Shown one piece after another: positions 1 through 11,745 of a DNA stretch of 64,000 bases. This DNA is from an uncultured bacterium (GTDB taxonomy: Bacteria; Verrucomicrobiota; Verrucomicrobiia; Limisphaerales; UBA8199). The DNA lies in assembly GCA_963749495.1 (NCBI GenBank), contig CAVVMW010000006.1, forward strand, positions 640,001 to 704,000, in the 5' to 3' direction. Each line of letters opens with the position of its first letter. Position 1 is the first letter of the stretch. A program made the position numbers and the translations under genes. The notes beneath the pieces are model-generated. The model made no database searches and was not told where the DNA came from. It was given only the letters and a program-made list of their open reading frames with translations.

Positions 1-1
1 C

Positions 2-3000
2 ACCAATAGCACCTACATTACCATCAACGATGTCACCAACGCCGCACCCTATCCGTCGACTATCGACGTCGAAGGCCTAAAAGGGAGGGTAAGCACAGTG
101 AAGGTCACGCTCTATGGGTTCAACCACAGCTACCCATCGGATGTTGGGGTGCTCCTGGTCAATTCGGGGCCCGTCAATGGCGCGACCGAGAACGTCGTAC
201 TCATGAACAGGGCTGGCGATGGCACCCCCATCTGGTGGCCCACCAACACGATCAACCTGACCTTCGATCAGAACGCGCCATCTGTCATCCCGGTAACAAC
301 GGCGCTCGCCACGGGCAGCTATAGGCCCGCCGATTATAAGGCGCCTACCGTCCCGGGGTACAACTTCTTCCCCGGCCCAGGCGTGCCGCCGCCCAATGGC
401 CCCTACGACACGGATCTCAGCAAGTACCAGTACACTTGGCCGGACGGGGTTTGGTCGCTCTACGTCGTGGATGATACGCCCAATGACGTAGGCTCGATCA
501 CCAACGGATGGGTCCTGACCATCGTCACCACCCCGCGGATGATCACTTGGCCGGGCGACCTGACCATCGCGGAAAGCGGCTCGGTGACCGTGCCCTTCTC
601 TATCGGGGACGACTCGAAGAACCCCACCGGCCCCCAGTTCGTATGGAGCTATACTCCCAAGAACACCACGACCAACACGTTCAACGCGGCGCTGTTCCCC
701 AACGCCACCAATGTGACCGTGGCCGAGGTCCCGGACGGGACGCACATGAACTATACGATGACCATCACTCCGGCCGCCAACCAGTATGGGACCAACATCA
801 TCACGCTGGATGGGACGGACATCAACAACTTGGTGGCCGAGAGGAGCTTAGAGGTCTCGGTGCCGCACACGCCGCAGCCGCCGGTGCTCGTGCTCGATTA
901 CGGCACCAACAACGCGTTCTCCATGGCTGCAGGCGGCGCGACAAACATCCCGGTGAACTATTTCGACCCGGAAGGCCAGGTCGCGACCCTCTCGGTGACC
1001 CTTTCGAGCAACCCGGACCTGCTGCCGGCCTCCTCGTTTGAAATCACCCCCAACAGCGTGATCGTACGGCCCTTCGCCGCCAACTTCGGCCAAGGCGTGG
1101 TCACGCTCATGGCGACAACGCCCGACAATCGAGCCTCCGCCCCGGTCAGCTTCACGATCAACGTGACGCCGGTGCTCGACCTGTTCGGCAACGGAACCTA
1201 CATCAACATCCTGGACGTCTCGCCGGCCAACCCGTATCCGTCCTCGATCACTGTGAGCAGCGTCGAGGGCAAGATTCTGCGGACCCAAGTGACGTTGCGC
1301 AACCTGATGCACACCTATCCGCACGACATCACGGCCGTGCTGGTCGGCCCCGGAGGCCAGAGATCCTCCTGATGAGCCGGGTGGCCCAAGGCGAGATGGG
1401 TCCCCCTGTCCCCGCGGGGGTCGACCTGACCTTCGACAGCACCGCCGACCCGCTCACACAGAGCCTCCCGCTGAGCGCCCCGATTGTCAGCGGCACGTTC
1501 GCCCCCACCTCCTACAATCCAAACCCGGTGCTTGACACCAGCGCCCTCCCGCCGCCTTACGGCAGCGATCTCAAGGTCCTCAACGGCACGTCCCCCAACG
1601 GCTCCTGGAGCCTGTATGTGCAGGACGACGCCCCGCACAACGTCGGCGCCATCACCAACGGCTGGACCATCAACTTCGTCACCGATGCCCCCACCATCCA
1701 GTTTGTCGGGCCACAAAGCGTGCTGGAGAACGGCTCGCTGGCGGTGAAATTCCACGTCGGCTCCAACCTCGGGGATTCCGCGACCAACCTCCTGGTCGCC
1801 GCCACGCCCAGCCTGGAGAACCCGGCTGGCCTGTTGACCAAGGGCACGCTGTCCACCGTGGGACCTGACACGAACGGCCTGGTGACCTTGACCCTGACGC
1901 CGGCGCTCAACCTGCCGTCGGCCGCTCCGGGCTGGACGGTGGGCGCCAATGGCACCGCCCTGATCACTCTGACCGTCGCGGAGGTGACGAACGTCAGTTT
2001 CGTCAATTCGTTCTCGTTCCCGCTCACGGTCACGTACTCCAACCAGCCTCCGTTCTTTGCTGGCCTGGCCAATACCAATACGGCGGCCAACGCCCCCATC
2101 ACAATCGCGTTCACGGCGGGCGATGTGGACACCCCGGCCAAGAGCCTCAATGTCGGCATCCAGGGCATCACCGACAATACCGGCAGCAGCATTACGCTCA
2201 GCAATGTCGGCAATAACGCGTTCCTCACGCTGAATCCGAACGGGGTTGCCGGCTCGGCCAGCGTTATCGTCACGAACTTTGACCCGATCAGCCAGATGAC
2301 GGCGACCGGCCACGTGATCATCACGGTCACGGCCCCGACGGCGCCGACCATCGATCCGATCAATTCGAGCAACGTGGTTCACGTGGCGGTCAACACGGCG
2401 CTGTCCCTCACGCTGGGCGTTCACGACCCATCGGTCCCGGATGTGTCAACCCTGAGCTACACTGTCACGGGCCTGCCTGCGAACCTCGCCGGAATCAACT
2501 TCAAGCCCGTGAACGGCCAGATCACCATGAACATTCTAGCGCTGAGCCTGGTGGGCAACGCGGCGGTCACCGTTACGGCCACCGATAGCTATGGCGTGGC
2601 CGGTTCGCAGACGTTCACCCTCTATGTGGACCCGCCGGTGCCGCCCGTCCTGGCTCAGATCAAGTCGGTCACTGTGGCCAAGGACCAACCCGTCCCGGTC
2701 ACACTCGGCATCACGACGAACGGCACCCCACTCAGCGGCATGGATGTGAGCTACGCCGTGGTTCAGCCGGCCAACGCAACCGTCGCTATTTCGCCGACGA
2801 ACAAGGCACTCGCCGTGGTCACTCCGACGTCTCGGCTTCCTGGGCAGTGTCAGCATCACCGCGACGGTGACCGACCACTATACGCCGGTCTCCAAGACGT
2901 TCCAGGTGACCTGGATCGTACCCGCCCCGCCGACCTTCTCCGGCACCATTGCCCCGCTGTCCCTTGCGGCCGGTGCCAACGTGAGCCTGGCCCTGCCGAT

Positions 3001-5444
3001 CCAGCCTGGCGACATCCCGCTTGCCTCGCTGACGATCACGGCGACGCCGGCCGACACCACCATCGTCACCACCACCGTCTCGGCAGATAAGACCAGCCTG
3101 TTGGTCAAGGCCGGCGCCAAGGTCGCCGGCACCGGCGTCACGGTCTCGGTGAGCGATGGCTTCAACCCGCCGATCACGCAGACGTTCCAGGTGACCGTCA
3201 TCGCGCCGACGCCGCCGGCTTGGGCCACAATCACCAACAACATCGTCACTCCATTCAATACGCCGGTGACCTTTGACCTGCAGGTGACCTCGGTCCAAAC
3301 GCCGATCAGCAGCCTCCAGTTCGCCGCCGTCATCGAGACGAACGTGGTGAGCAGCGTGGTCTTCACCAACACTGGCACCAACGTTACGGCGACCATCAAC
3401 CTGGTGACCAACGCGGTTGGCTCCGAGGCGGTGTCGCTCAGCATGTTCGACGGTTACACCAACCAGGTGCAGCAGACCACAGTCACCGTGCTCAAGCCGG
3501 CGGGGCCGGCCTTCTCCGGCACCATTGCCCCGGTCTCGCTCAAAGCCGGCGCCTACATCAGTGTGGGCCTGCCGATCGCCCCCGGCGTTATCCCGCTCGG
3601 CGCGCTGACCGTCACGGCTGTGGCCGCTGACCCCACCGTCGTGACCCCCACCGTCACGTCCGATAACACCACCCTGTTCCTCCACGGTGGCGCCAAAGGC
3701 GGCGTCACCGGCGTCACGGTCACGGTGAGCGATGGCTTCAACACGCCGGTCACCCAGACGTTCCAGGTGACCGTCCAGGCCCCGCCGCCGCCGGCGCCGC
3801 CGGCCTTCTCCGGCACCATTGCCCCGGTCTCGCTCAAAGCCGGCGCCTACGTCAGTGTGGGCCTGCCGATCGCGCCCGGCGGTATCGCGCTCGGCGCGCT
3901 GACCGTCACGGCTGTGGCCGCTGACCCCACCGTCGTGACCCCCACCGTCACGTCCGATAACACCACCCTGTTCCTCCACGGTGGCGCCAAAGGCGGCGTC
4001 ACCGGCGTCACGGTCACCGTGAGCGATGGCATCAACACGCCGGTCACCCAGACGTTCCAGGTGACCGTCCTGGCCCCGCCGCCGCCGCCGCCGCCGGTCT
4101 GGGCCACAATCACCAACAACCTCGTCACGGCCTACAACACACCGCTGACCCTCGACCTGCAGGTGACCTCGGCCCAAACGCCGATCAGCAGCCTCGAGTT
4201 CACCGCCGTCATCGAGACCAACGTGGTGAGCAGCGTGGTCTTCACCAACACCGGCACGAACGTTACCGCGACCTTCCAGGTCGTGAGCAACGCAACCGGC
4301 TCCGAGTTGGTCACCCTGAGCATGAACGACGGCTACACCAACCAGGTGCAGCAGTTCACATTCACCGTGGTCCCGGCCGGGCCTCCGACACTGGCGACTA
4401 TTGCCCCGCTGCAGTTGACAGGCGGCTCCGAGGTGAGCTTCGGGGCTCCCGATCACGCCCGGCTCCATCCCGCTCGGCTCGCTCACAGTCACGGCGGTGC
4501 CCGCTGACACTAACATCGTCGGCGTCACCGTCCCGCCTGGCAATACCAGCATGTTCGTCCTGGGCAAAGCAAAAGGCCAAACCGGCGTCACGGTTACCGT
4601 CAGCGATGGCATCAATCCTGCCGTCGCGCAGACGTTCCAGGTCACGGTCGTCGCCCCCAGGCCGCCCACGCTGGGAACGTTCCCGAATGTTCAGATGATT
4701 GTGGGTGCGTCCACAAACGTGTCCGCGCCGCTGACCGCCGGTGCCATCCCGGTCAGCAAGCTGACGTTCACCGCCTCATTTGACCCGTCGGTGCTCACCA
4801 ACGTTACCTTCTCGTATGACGGCACCAACCTCACGGCCCAGATCACGGCGGGCACCGCGGCTGGCTCGACCACTGTGACCGTCCATGTGAACGACGGTTA
4901 CACCGATGTGTCGCAGCAATTCACAGTGCAGGTCAGGACGGCCGGCGCCCTGGTCTTGGGACCGATCGCCGATCAGGCAACCGTTGCGGACGTGCCGGTC
5001 ACCATCGTGCTGAATGTGACCTCCCCGAACGTGGACCTCAACCTGGTTCAGTTCGCCGCCACCCACACAAATACCACCCTGGTCACGGGTGTGGCCTTCA
5101 GCCACGTCAATGGCAACGAGCAGGCGATCATCAGCCTCGGCAGCAAGCAGGCGGGCAATGACTACATCACCATTACCGCCAACGATGGCTTCATGACTGT
5201 CATGCAGAGCTTCGCGCTCCACGTGACGGGTCCGGTGCTCCACGTCAGCCTCTCCAACGGTACGGTGGCCCTCAGTTTCAAAGGGGCTCCGGGCGATGTT
5301 TACACCATGCAGACCGCCACCAGCCTGCTCGGGCCGTGGAACGATGTCGGCACACTCACGGTTGACGCCAGCGGCAACGTCAACTACACCGCTACGGTGG
5401 GCGCCGGTTCGGGGCCACTGTGGGTCCGCGCCGTGCTCAAGTAG
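2..5444 (+). CDS. Giant secreted/surface protein, 5'-partial: proprotein-convertase P-domain-like repeats, many Ig/cadherin-like T/V/P-rich repeats, short C-terminal beta domain; apparent frameshifts near 1370, 2835 and 4445
   Basis: Frame open from base 2. ORFs 98-1372, 1372-3090, 2867-4507 and 4497-5444 continue one another. Repeated motifs VTL..H.YP.D...LLV.P and G.WSLYV.DD.P..VG.ITNGW, and VTVTVSDG.N.PVTQTFQVTV. Confidence 0.8.
3505..4085 (+). repeat. Near-identical intragenic tandem duplication of ~294 bp (one Ig-like module)
   Basis: gccggccttctccggcaccattgccccggtctcgctcaaagcc begins at ~3505 and again at ~3799, followed by almost identical sequence. Confidence 0.9.
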
Positions 5445-5469
5445 GCGCCTGACCTGAGTTAGAATTCAG

Positions 5470-5505
5470 AAACCGCCTGTGGCCTGGCCACAGGCGGTTT
5501 TTTTT
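5470..5505 (+). terminator. Rho-independent terminator
   Basis: Stem aaaccgcctgtggc / gccacaggcggttt followed by a T run, just after the stop at 5444. Confidence 0.9.
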
Positions 5506-5700
5506 AGAAAAAAGCCCTTGACTTATGAGGCCCTTTACTTTATATATTCAGTTGAAGGTACGCAGTGTGTTCACGTTGGCCTATGTACCGAAGTGACGCT
5601 TATGGAAAATGCGGCGTTTTTGGACAACAGCCAGGCTGGATCCGGGCTGGGCGTCTGTCGGAAGTAGTGCCATCAATGCCCACACGGGAAAGGTTCGCGA

Positions 5701-6138
5701 ATGATTCAGAAGAATCCTGCAGACGCTGAAGACGCCCTGGAAGTCCAGGGGCCGGCCAAGGATTGGGAGCGTCTGGCCAGAGAGGCGGAGTTCAGGCCGG
5801 GGGCCATGGCCTCGCTCTGCTCGGTTTCAGAGCGTCAGTTGGAGCGGATCTTCAAGAAGTACCTGAACTGCACGCCCAGTCATTGGTTGCGGGAGTTGCG
5901 GTGCCGGCTGGCCAAGGACCTGATTACGCGGGGTTACAGCAGCAAGGCGGCTGCGGCGGAGCTCAAGTTCGCAACGGATGCTCACTTCTGCCGCGAGTTC
6001 AAGAGGGTCTTTGGTGCCTCGCCGCAGACCTTTGCGCCCAACCGCATGGATTATATGAGCGTGGCCCTGCTGGACCGCGATGCGGCCAATGGGCGCTTTG
6101 CCATGTCCTGGCAAGAAGCCAGCCAGGCCTCGGGCTGA
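5701..6138 (+). CDS. Stand-alone AraC-family HTH regulator
   Basis: SVSERQLERIFKK...LRELR...LKFATDAHFCREFKRVFGASP; no effector-binding domain. Confidence 0.9.
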   Translation: MIQKNPADAEDALEVQGPAKDWERLAREAEFRPGAMASLCSVSERQLERIFKKYLNCTPSHWLRELRCRLAKDLITRGYSSKAAAAELKFATDAHFCREFKRVFGASPQTFAPNRMDYMSVALLDRDAANGRFAMSWQEASQASG

Positions 6139-6241
6139 GGTCCTGGTGCCTGCGCGCGAAGAAATGGCTGGACCTTTGTCGCGACCTTTGTCGAAGACCC
6201 GTCGGCCCGGCAAAGGTTGCCAGAGAGCCTTCCGCTCCCTA

Positions 6242-7345
6242 CTACCGGCTCCTGGCCGGGTCCTTTCGATAGTGGTAGCTCTCGCCCCAGGCCATTACGA
6301 TGGCGGGATACCGTGACCTGAACAGCCGGTTGTAGGTCTGGGTGTAATCCTCGCGATGATCCACCGTGTGCCCCATTTCGTTCTCGTGCCCGGTGATGAC
6401 CAGTTCGGGATTGACGCCGCGCAAGGTTCGGTCCAGGGCATTGCCCCAGCAATTGACCAGCAGCACATCCACGGCGTGATCGCGGCCGACCTGGGCTATC
6501 CAGTCAAAATCGCTGCCGGGTCCCTCAGCCCCTGACTGGTCCCCGGTTTGCACCACGGCAAATCCGTCCGGAGTGGCCACCAGGTGCACGTTGTTCGTTA
6601 CATCCTCGCCCTGGTGGCCGGGGTAGGCCACCACTTCGAGCGCCTGCTTGCCGTTTTGAATCGGGATGGCGTGCAGGCCCTGCGCGCTCCGTTTCGGATA
6701 CGTCAGCCGGCTTGCTAAATCGGGCACGTCCGCCCACAGGCCCACGGGCGCCATCACCGGTTTGCCCGCCTTCAGAAACAATCGCGCCACCTCCGGATCC
6801 GCGTGGTCCTGGTGCAGGTGGCTGATGAACGAGGCGTCAGCCTGCGCCACGAGGCGCTCAACCCATTCCTTGGGGACCGAAAAGCCCGGGGCGGCGCCGC
6901 CCGGCAGGCCCCGCACGATATCAAACGCAAAGGAAGCCGCCGGCGAGCGCGCCAGAAAACCCATGTTATACAGTTTCCACACGCGCAGACCCTCGGTCAC
7001 TTTGCCCTGCTCGATCTCGACCATGGCCCGCTCCAGCCGCCGCCGATAAAAGGCCTGGACCAGTTGCTTGCGCGGGGCTGATTCGATGTGAAGAATGTCG
7101 TCCAACCGGATCAGAGCCGCCCTGCGGACCGGGTGTTCGGCCAGCGCCGGCGGGTAGTGCTGGAGGATGTAATCGACCCACTGCAGTGACCGGTCGATCC
7201 ACTCATCCGGAGCGTCCTTCAACTCCGGCGCGCTCAGCAGGCGCCGGGGCGACGAAACGAAACCCGGCGTCGAGTCCGGCTGGGCAGGCGCGGACGCGGC
7301 CCCGCCAACGACGACGAGCACCAACAGCAGCAGCAGTTTTCTCAT
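6242..7345 (-). CDS. Secreted MBL-fold metallo-hydrolase
   Basis: Signal peptide; ISHLHQDHAD (HxHxDH), GH, TGD and GHENE motifs. Confidence 0.85.
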   Translation of the reverse strand: MRKLLLLLVLVVVGGAASAPAQPDSTPGFVSSPRRLLSAPELKDAPDEWIDRSLQWVDYILQHYPPALAEHPVRRAALIRLDDILHIESAPRKQLVQAFYRRRLERAMVEIEQGKVTEGLRVWKLYNMGFLARSPAASFAFDIVRGLPGGAAPGFSVPKEWVERLVAQADASFISHLHQDHADPEVARLFLKAGKPVMAPVGLWADVPDLASRLTYPKRSAQGLHAIPIQNGKQALEVVAYPGHQGEDVTNNVHLVATPDGFAVVQTGDQSGAEGPGSDFDWIAQVGRDHAVDVLLVNCWGNALDRTLRGVNPELVITGHENEMGHTVDHREDYTQTYNRLFRSRYPAIVMAWGESYHYRKDPARSR

Positions 7346-7535
7346 CGGAGCTTGAGCATTCCCCAGAGCCTAATGAGGCGGCCTCCAAATGGCGAGACAA
7401 CTTTTGCCAGTCGGCACAGTGAGCTTTGACAGAACTCTGCTGCGGCAGGTGGAGCGCAACGATAAAGCTGGAATCGGCGGAGGCCTTCAAAAAATGTCTG
7501 TCCAGCAGCCCTGGATTGTCATACACCGGTACACC

Positions 7536-8234
7536 ATGAAACGCAGAGTTGAGATACTGAGCCTGGCCCTCCTGGCGTTGAGTGGCCCGCCGCTTTGGGC
7601 TGGCGATGTCCGCCCCGCGCGCATTGAGGAGGTGGAAATCCGCGACCGCGCCTTCTACGTCAACCGCAGACCTTTCTTCCCGTTGATGGCCTGGCTGCAG
7701 GACGCCAGGAATTTTCCACTGCTCAAAGACTGTGCGATGAACACGACGGCGGGGTATTCCGGCGGCTCCAGCGGCACAAAAAGCGTGGCCGAATACCTGG
7801 CCCTGGTGGAACAAGCCGGTTTATATGGGGTCATGCCGTTTGACCCGCGGCTCAAGGGCGGTCCGGCGCTCTTGGGTTACATCCATGATGATGAACCGGA
7901 TTTGCTCCACCAGGAGAGCGACGCGGTGGGTTATGACATTTACCCGATTTACGGCTGGAACAAACCGGAATGGCTCTGCCTGGGCCATGACGCGACGGAG
8001 CGGCTGGTGCAAATAGCCGGGACCCGGCCCGTCTATGCCTGGATCGAGACCAGCAAAGGCGGCCAATGGACGGGCGACCTGGACGGGCAAAAGGATGTCA
8101 AGCCCGAGCACATCCGCGCCGAAGTCTGGATGAGCATCTGCCGCGGAGCGACCGCCATTGGCTACTCGGATGTGTTTGCCCCTCTGGCCGTGCACATCTA
8201 CCGCCTGGCCCTGGCGCCTGCCCGCACCAGGTAA
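7536..8234 (+). CDS. Secreted glycoside-hydrolase-like protein, possibly internally deleted
   Basis: Signal peptide, FYVNRRPFFPL, GYIHDDEPD, GYDIYPIY and RAEVWMSICRGATAIGY motifs; short for a TIM barrel. Confidence 0.5.
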   Translation: MKRRVEILSLALLALSGPPLWAGDVRPARIEEVEIRDRAFYVNRRPFFPLMAWLQDARNFPLLKDCAMNTTAGYSGGSSGTKSVAEYLALVEQAGLYGVMPFDPRLKGGPALLGYIHDDEPDLLHQESDAVGYDIYPIYGWNKPEWLCLGHDATERLVQIAGTRPVYAWIETSKGGQWTGDLDGQKDVKPEHIRAEVWMSICRGATAIGYSDVFAPLAVHIYRLALAPARTR

Positions 8235-8261
8235 GGCAGCTATAGATTGCCGGCGACGAGT

Positions 8262-8969
8262 ATGTCCATTGCCGATCTGCGAAGAGAGTACACCCTGGGC
8301 GGGCTGCGGCGGCGGGATCTGGAGGCCGACCCGATCGTGCAGTTCCGGAACTGGTTGGCCCAGGCCAGCGGCGCGCGGGCCAGCGGGCGGGTGCGCAGGT
8401 TCGTCATCAGGCTCTACAAGGCGCTCTTGCTGGCCGCAGGCTCCAGCCCGGCCGACCTCACCGCGATGACGCTGGCCACGGCGGACAAACAAGGCCGGCC
8501 TTCGGCGCGGGTCGTCCTGCTCAAAGGCGTGGACGAGCGCGGCTTCGTCTTTTACACCAACTACGGCAGCCGCAAGGGACAAGAGCTGGCTGAGAATCCT
8601 TACGCCTCGCTCGTGTTTTATTGGGCGGACCAGGAGCGACAGGTCTGTGTCGGGGGCGAGGTCCGCAAATTACCCGAGGCAGAATCCGAGGCCTATTTCC
8701 GGTCCCGCCCTCGCGGCAGCCGGCTGGCTGCCTGGGCCTCGCATCAGAGCCAGGCAATCCCCGAGCGGGCGTCGCTCGAGACCCAATGGAAGGCGTGCGC
8801 GGCGCGCTACCCGGGCCAGGAGGTCCCTAGGCCGCCGTATTGGGGCGGCTATGTGCTGGCGCCCGCGCGCATCGAATTCTGGCAGGGCCGCCCTAACCGC
8901 CTTCACGATCGCTTTTGCTACACGCGCCAGGCGGATGGGGGTTGGCGTATCGAGCGGCTCGCCCCGTAG
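8262..8969 (+). CDS. pdxH: Pyridoxamine 5'-phosphate oxidase
   Basis: ADLRREY, PSARVVLLK, FYTNYGSRKG, EFWQGRPNRLHDR, C-terminal ERLAP. Confidence 0.95.
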   Translation: MSIADLRREYTLGGLRRRDLEADPIVQFRNWLAQASGARASGRVRRFVIRLYKALLLAAGSSPADLTAMTLATADKQGRPSARVVLLKGVDERGFVFYTNYGSRKGQELAENPYASLVFYWADQERQVCVGGEVRKLPEAESEAYFRSRPRGSRLAAWASHQSQAIPERASLETQWKACAARYPGQEVPRPPYWGGYVLAPARIEFWQGRPNRLHDRFCYTRQADGGWRIERLAP

Positions 8970-9184
8970 CGCGCGACGCAGCCGGGCATGGGGCCCGGGA
9001 ACCTGGGACGGCTCGGGCTGCCCCCGGAGTGCGCCCGTCCCCGGGCGCAGCAGCGACGGAGCGGTCAGGCGCGCGGGAGTATTTGACCGCTGCGCTGGCT
9101 GCGGACGTCGCTGCGCCCGAGGACGGGCGCACTCCCACCTCGCCGCTCCGGCCCAGGCCATGGGGTCAAGTGCCCTCGGGCGCG

Positions 9185-10170
9185 TCAGCGAGTCTCCCGG
9201 CGGGCCAGGACGGCGCCGCCGGTGATGCCGGCGCTGTCGCCGAGCTTGGAGGCGATGATCTCGACGCCTTTCATGGCCCCGGGCATGGCATAGTCCTGGG
9301 CGGTTTCGACGATGACGCCCATCATCTCGTCGGCGAGGGCCTCGATGACGCCGCCGCCCAGGACGACGACCTCGGGGTTGATGATGTTGATGAGGTTGGC
9401 GGTGGCGATGCCGATGTATTCGGCGGCGCCCTCGAGGACGCGGTCCACGAATTTGTCACCGTGGCGGATGGCCTTGCGGAGGTCGCCGCTGCGCAGGTTG
9501 CTCAGGTCGTTGCCGAGCATGTCGGTCAGGAGGGTCTTCTGGCCGTCCTTGATGCCGGCCTTGATTTGCTGGAAGATGGCGGTGCGGCTGGCCAGGGCCT
9601 CCAGGCACCCCTTGTTGCCGCAGCCGCACTTGGGGCCGTTGACTTCCAGGACCATGTGGCCGATCTCCCCGGCGGTATGGCCGTGGCCGCTAAAGAGTTC
9701 GCCGTTGAGGATGAGTCCGCCGCCGATGCCGGTGCCGACGAAGATGCCGATCATGTGGCGGGGCTTGGACTTGAGTTCGGCCACGTAAACGCCCAGGGCG
9801 GAGATGTTGCAGTCGTTCTCCACGAAGACCGGGACATCGAGTTGCTTTTCGAGGGCCTTCTTGAGGGGGACGTTTTCCAGCCCTCGAGGTTCGGGGCGAA
9901 GATGACCGTGCCTGCGGCGAAATCCACGGCGCCAGGCGCGCCGATGCCGACGCCGGCCACCTGTTTGAGGGACAGGTCCGCCTCGTCCACGGCATCCTGG
10001 ACGCACCGGGCAATGCGCTCAACCACAGCATCCACCCCCCTTGAGGACTTGGTGCTGACCTTGGCCGTGCTGAGGGATTCCAGGGAGTTCTTGAAGACGC
10101 CGCAGAGGATCTTGGTGCCGCCCAGATCGACCCCGACGAAATGCTCTTTTTTCACATTGGCTTCGGACAT
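9185..10170 (-). CDS. ROK-family sugar kinase (glucokinase-like), frameshift near 9875
   Basis: GVDLGGTKI in ORF 9751-10170; ENDCN, GTGIGGG, AGEIGH and CGCGNKGCLEA in ORF 9185-10006. Confidence 0.9.
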
Positions 10171-10201
10171 GGCGCGGGAGAGTGGGGGTTAAGCGTGCAG
10201 G

Positions 10202-10933
10202 TCATTTTCCGGCCAGGACGGCGCCGATCTTCTTGCGCAGGTCGGCGTTGATGGCGTCGGCGGAACGCAGGCCGTCCACGATGGTGAAGCCGTAGGTGGT
10301 CTGCAGGTGGCGGAAAGTCTGCTGCATGGCGGTCTGGTATTTCATGAAGCTGTCGAACATGTCGCGAGACAGGCCCAGGTCCATGCCGCTTTCCCAGTAA
10401 TCGAGGGCGGTGTTCTTGGCGAAACTGCGCTGAACCAGTTCCTCGGGGGGGACGTTGAGGTAGAAGACCGCATCGGGTTCGGGGGCGATGCCGTAGAGGT
10501 TTTTGAGCCAGGCCTCGTCCATGCCGCGGACCATGTCGCGGGCCATCAGGGTATAGATGTAGCGGTCGGCCAGCACCACGAACCCGGCCTTGAGGGCCGG
10601 CAGCATGATGTTCTCGATTTGGTCGGCGAAGTCGGTGGCATAGAACAGGCTCAGGGTGGTGCGGCTGAGGATGTTGCCCTGCTGGGCCTGTTGGAGTTCC
10701 TCGCTCACCAGGGTCGAGCGTTTCAAGCCGACCTGCACGGTGGCGTGGCCGCACCCCTCCAGCCACTCGACCAGGAGCGCGATCTGCGTCGAGCGCCCCG
10801 AGCCGTCGGCCCCTTCCACCGCGATGAGCTTGCCGGCCAGTTGGTCCAGATCGACGTTCGGGATGCCGTGGCCGTAGAAACGCCGCGGGGAGGGGTGGGG
10901 CACGACGATCTGGTCCTGGAGGAGCCGTTTCAT
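10202..10933 (-). CDS. Thymidylate kinase-like protein, copy 2 (P-loop GADGSGRST)
   Basis: IAVEGADGSGRSTQ, LFYATDFAD, LADRYIYT; ATG at 10933 overlaps the upstream stop. Confidence 0.85.
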   Translation of the reverse strand: MKRLLQDQIVVPHPSPRRFYGHGIPNVDLDQLAGKLIAVEGADGSGRSTQIALLVEWLEGCGHATVQVGLKRSTLVSEELQQAQQGNILSRTTLSLFYATDFADQIENIMLPALKAGFVVLADRYIYTLMARDMVRGMDEAWLKNLYGIAPEPDAVFYLNVPPEELVQRSFAKNTALDYWESGMDLGLSRDMFDSFMKYQTAMQQTFRHLQTTYGFTIVDGLRSADAINADLRKKIGAVLAGK

Positions 10934-11691
10934 TCCGCCACCTCCTCCTGTTCCTTTTTCGAGAGCGGTGTCCTGGCTGCGCCGCCAGCGGCGCGCCGGG
11001 GCGGCAGGGGGCGTTCGGCGCGCCGGAACCCGGCCAGATCGATCCGTTGGGCGATCAACTCGCGGATGACCGCCTGCTGTCTCTCCACCAGTTGATTGGC
11101 ATCGATCACCAGGAAGTTGAACTCCGTGCTCATCGCCAGGTACTGCTCCAGCATCCGGCCCTGGAAGATGCGGAAGCTCTCGTACGGGTCGCGCGAGAGC
11201 CGCAGGTCCATCCCCGCCTCGAAGTACTTCAACTGCGGCCGGCCCTCCAGGATGCGCTTGAGCGACACGTCCAAATCCGCCTTGAAGAAAAAGGTCAGGT
11301 CGGGCAGCGAGGCGAAACTGTAGATGCCCCGGACCCACTCGGGCGGGCAGCCGCGCACCACGTCGCGGGCGTAGGCCGTGAAGATGTAGCGATCGCACAG
11401 GACCAGGTAACCGGCGCGCAGCAGCGGCACCAGGTGGCGCTCGTAGCGGTCCGCGAAATCCGTGGCATGAATGAGGCTGAAGGTGGTCGGCGTGAGCAAC
11501 TCCCGCTTCTTGCCTTTGCTGGTGGCCGACTTGACCAGCTCCGAGGAGTTCCACTCGCTGAAATAGACCTTGAGCCCCTGCAACTCCAGCCAGCGTTTCA
11601 ACAGGTAAATCTGCGTCAACTTGCCCGAGCCGTCCAACCCCTCGACCGCGATGAGCCGGCCCGGAAAGTTCTGTTCAGCAAACGTCTTCAT
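10930..11691 (-). CDS. Thymidylate kinase-like protein, copy 1
   Basis: MKTFAEQNFPGRLIAVEGLDGSGKLTQ, LIHATDFADR, LCDRYIFT. Confidence 0.85.
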   Translation of the reverse strand: MKTFAEQNFPGRLIAVEGLDGSGKLTQIYLLKRWLELQGLKVYFSEWNSSELVKSATSKGKKRELLTPTTFSLIHATDFADRYERHLVPLLRAGYLVLCDRYIFTAYARDVVRGCPPEWVRGIYSFASLPDLTFFFKADLDVSLKRILEGRPQLKYFEAGMDLRLSRDPYESFRIFQGRMLEQYLAMSTEFNFLVIDANQLVERQQAVIRELIAQRIDLAGFRRAERPLPPRRAAGGAARTPLSKKEQEEVAE

Positions 11692-11745
11692 CTCTGCACC
11701 GGCAACAGTAGAGCTTCCTGGCGGCAAGACAAGGATTTTGAGGGG

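Noticed and set aside
2819..4669. Long antisense or alternate-frame ORFs (also 8915-10192, 35043-36803, 55426-57444, 59252-61063)
   Set aside because: Shadows of real genes caused by high-GC codon bias; no recognisable motifs.
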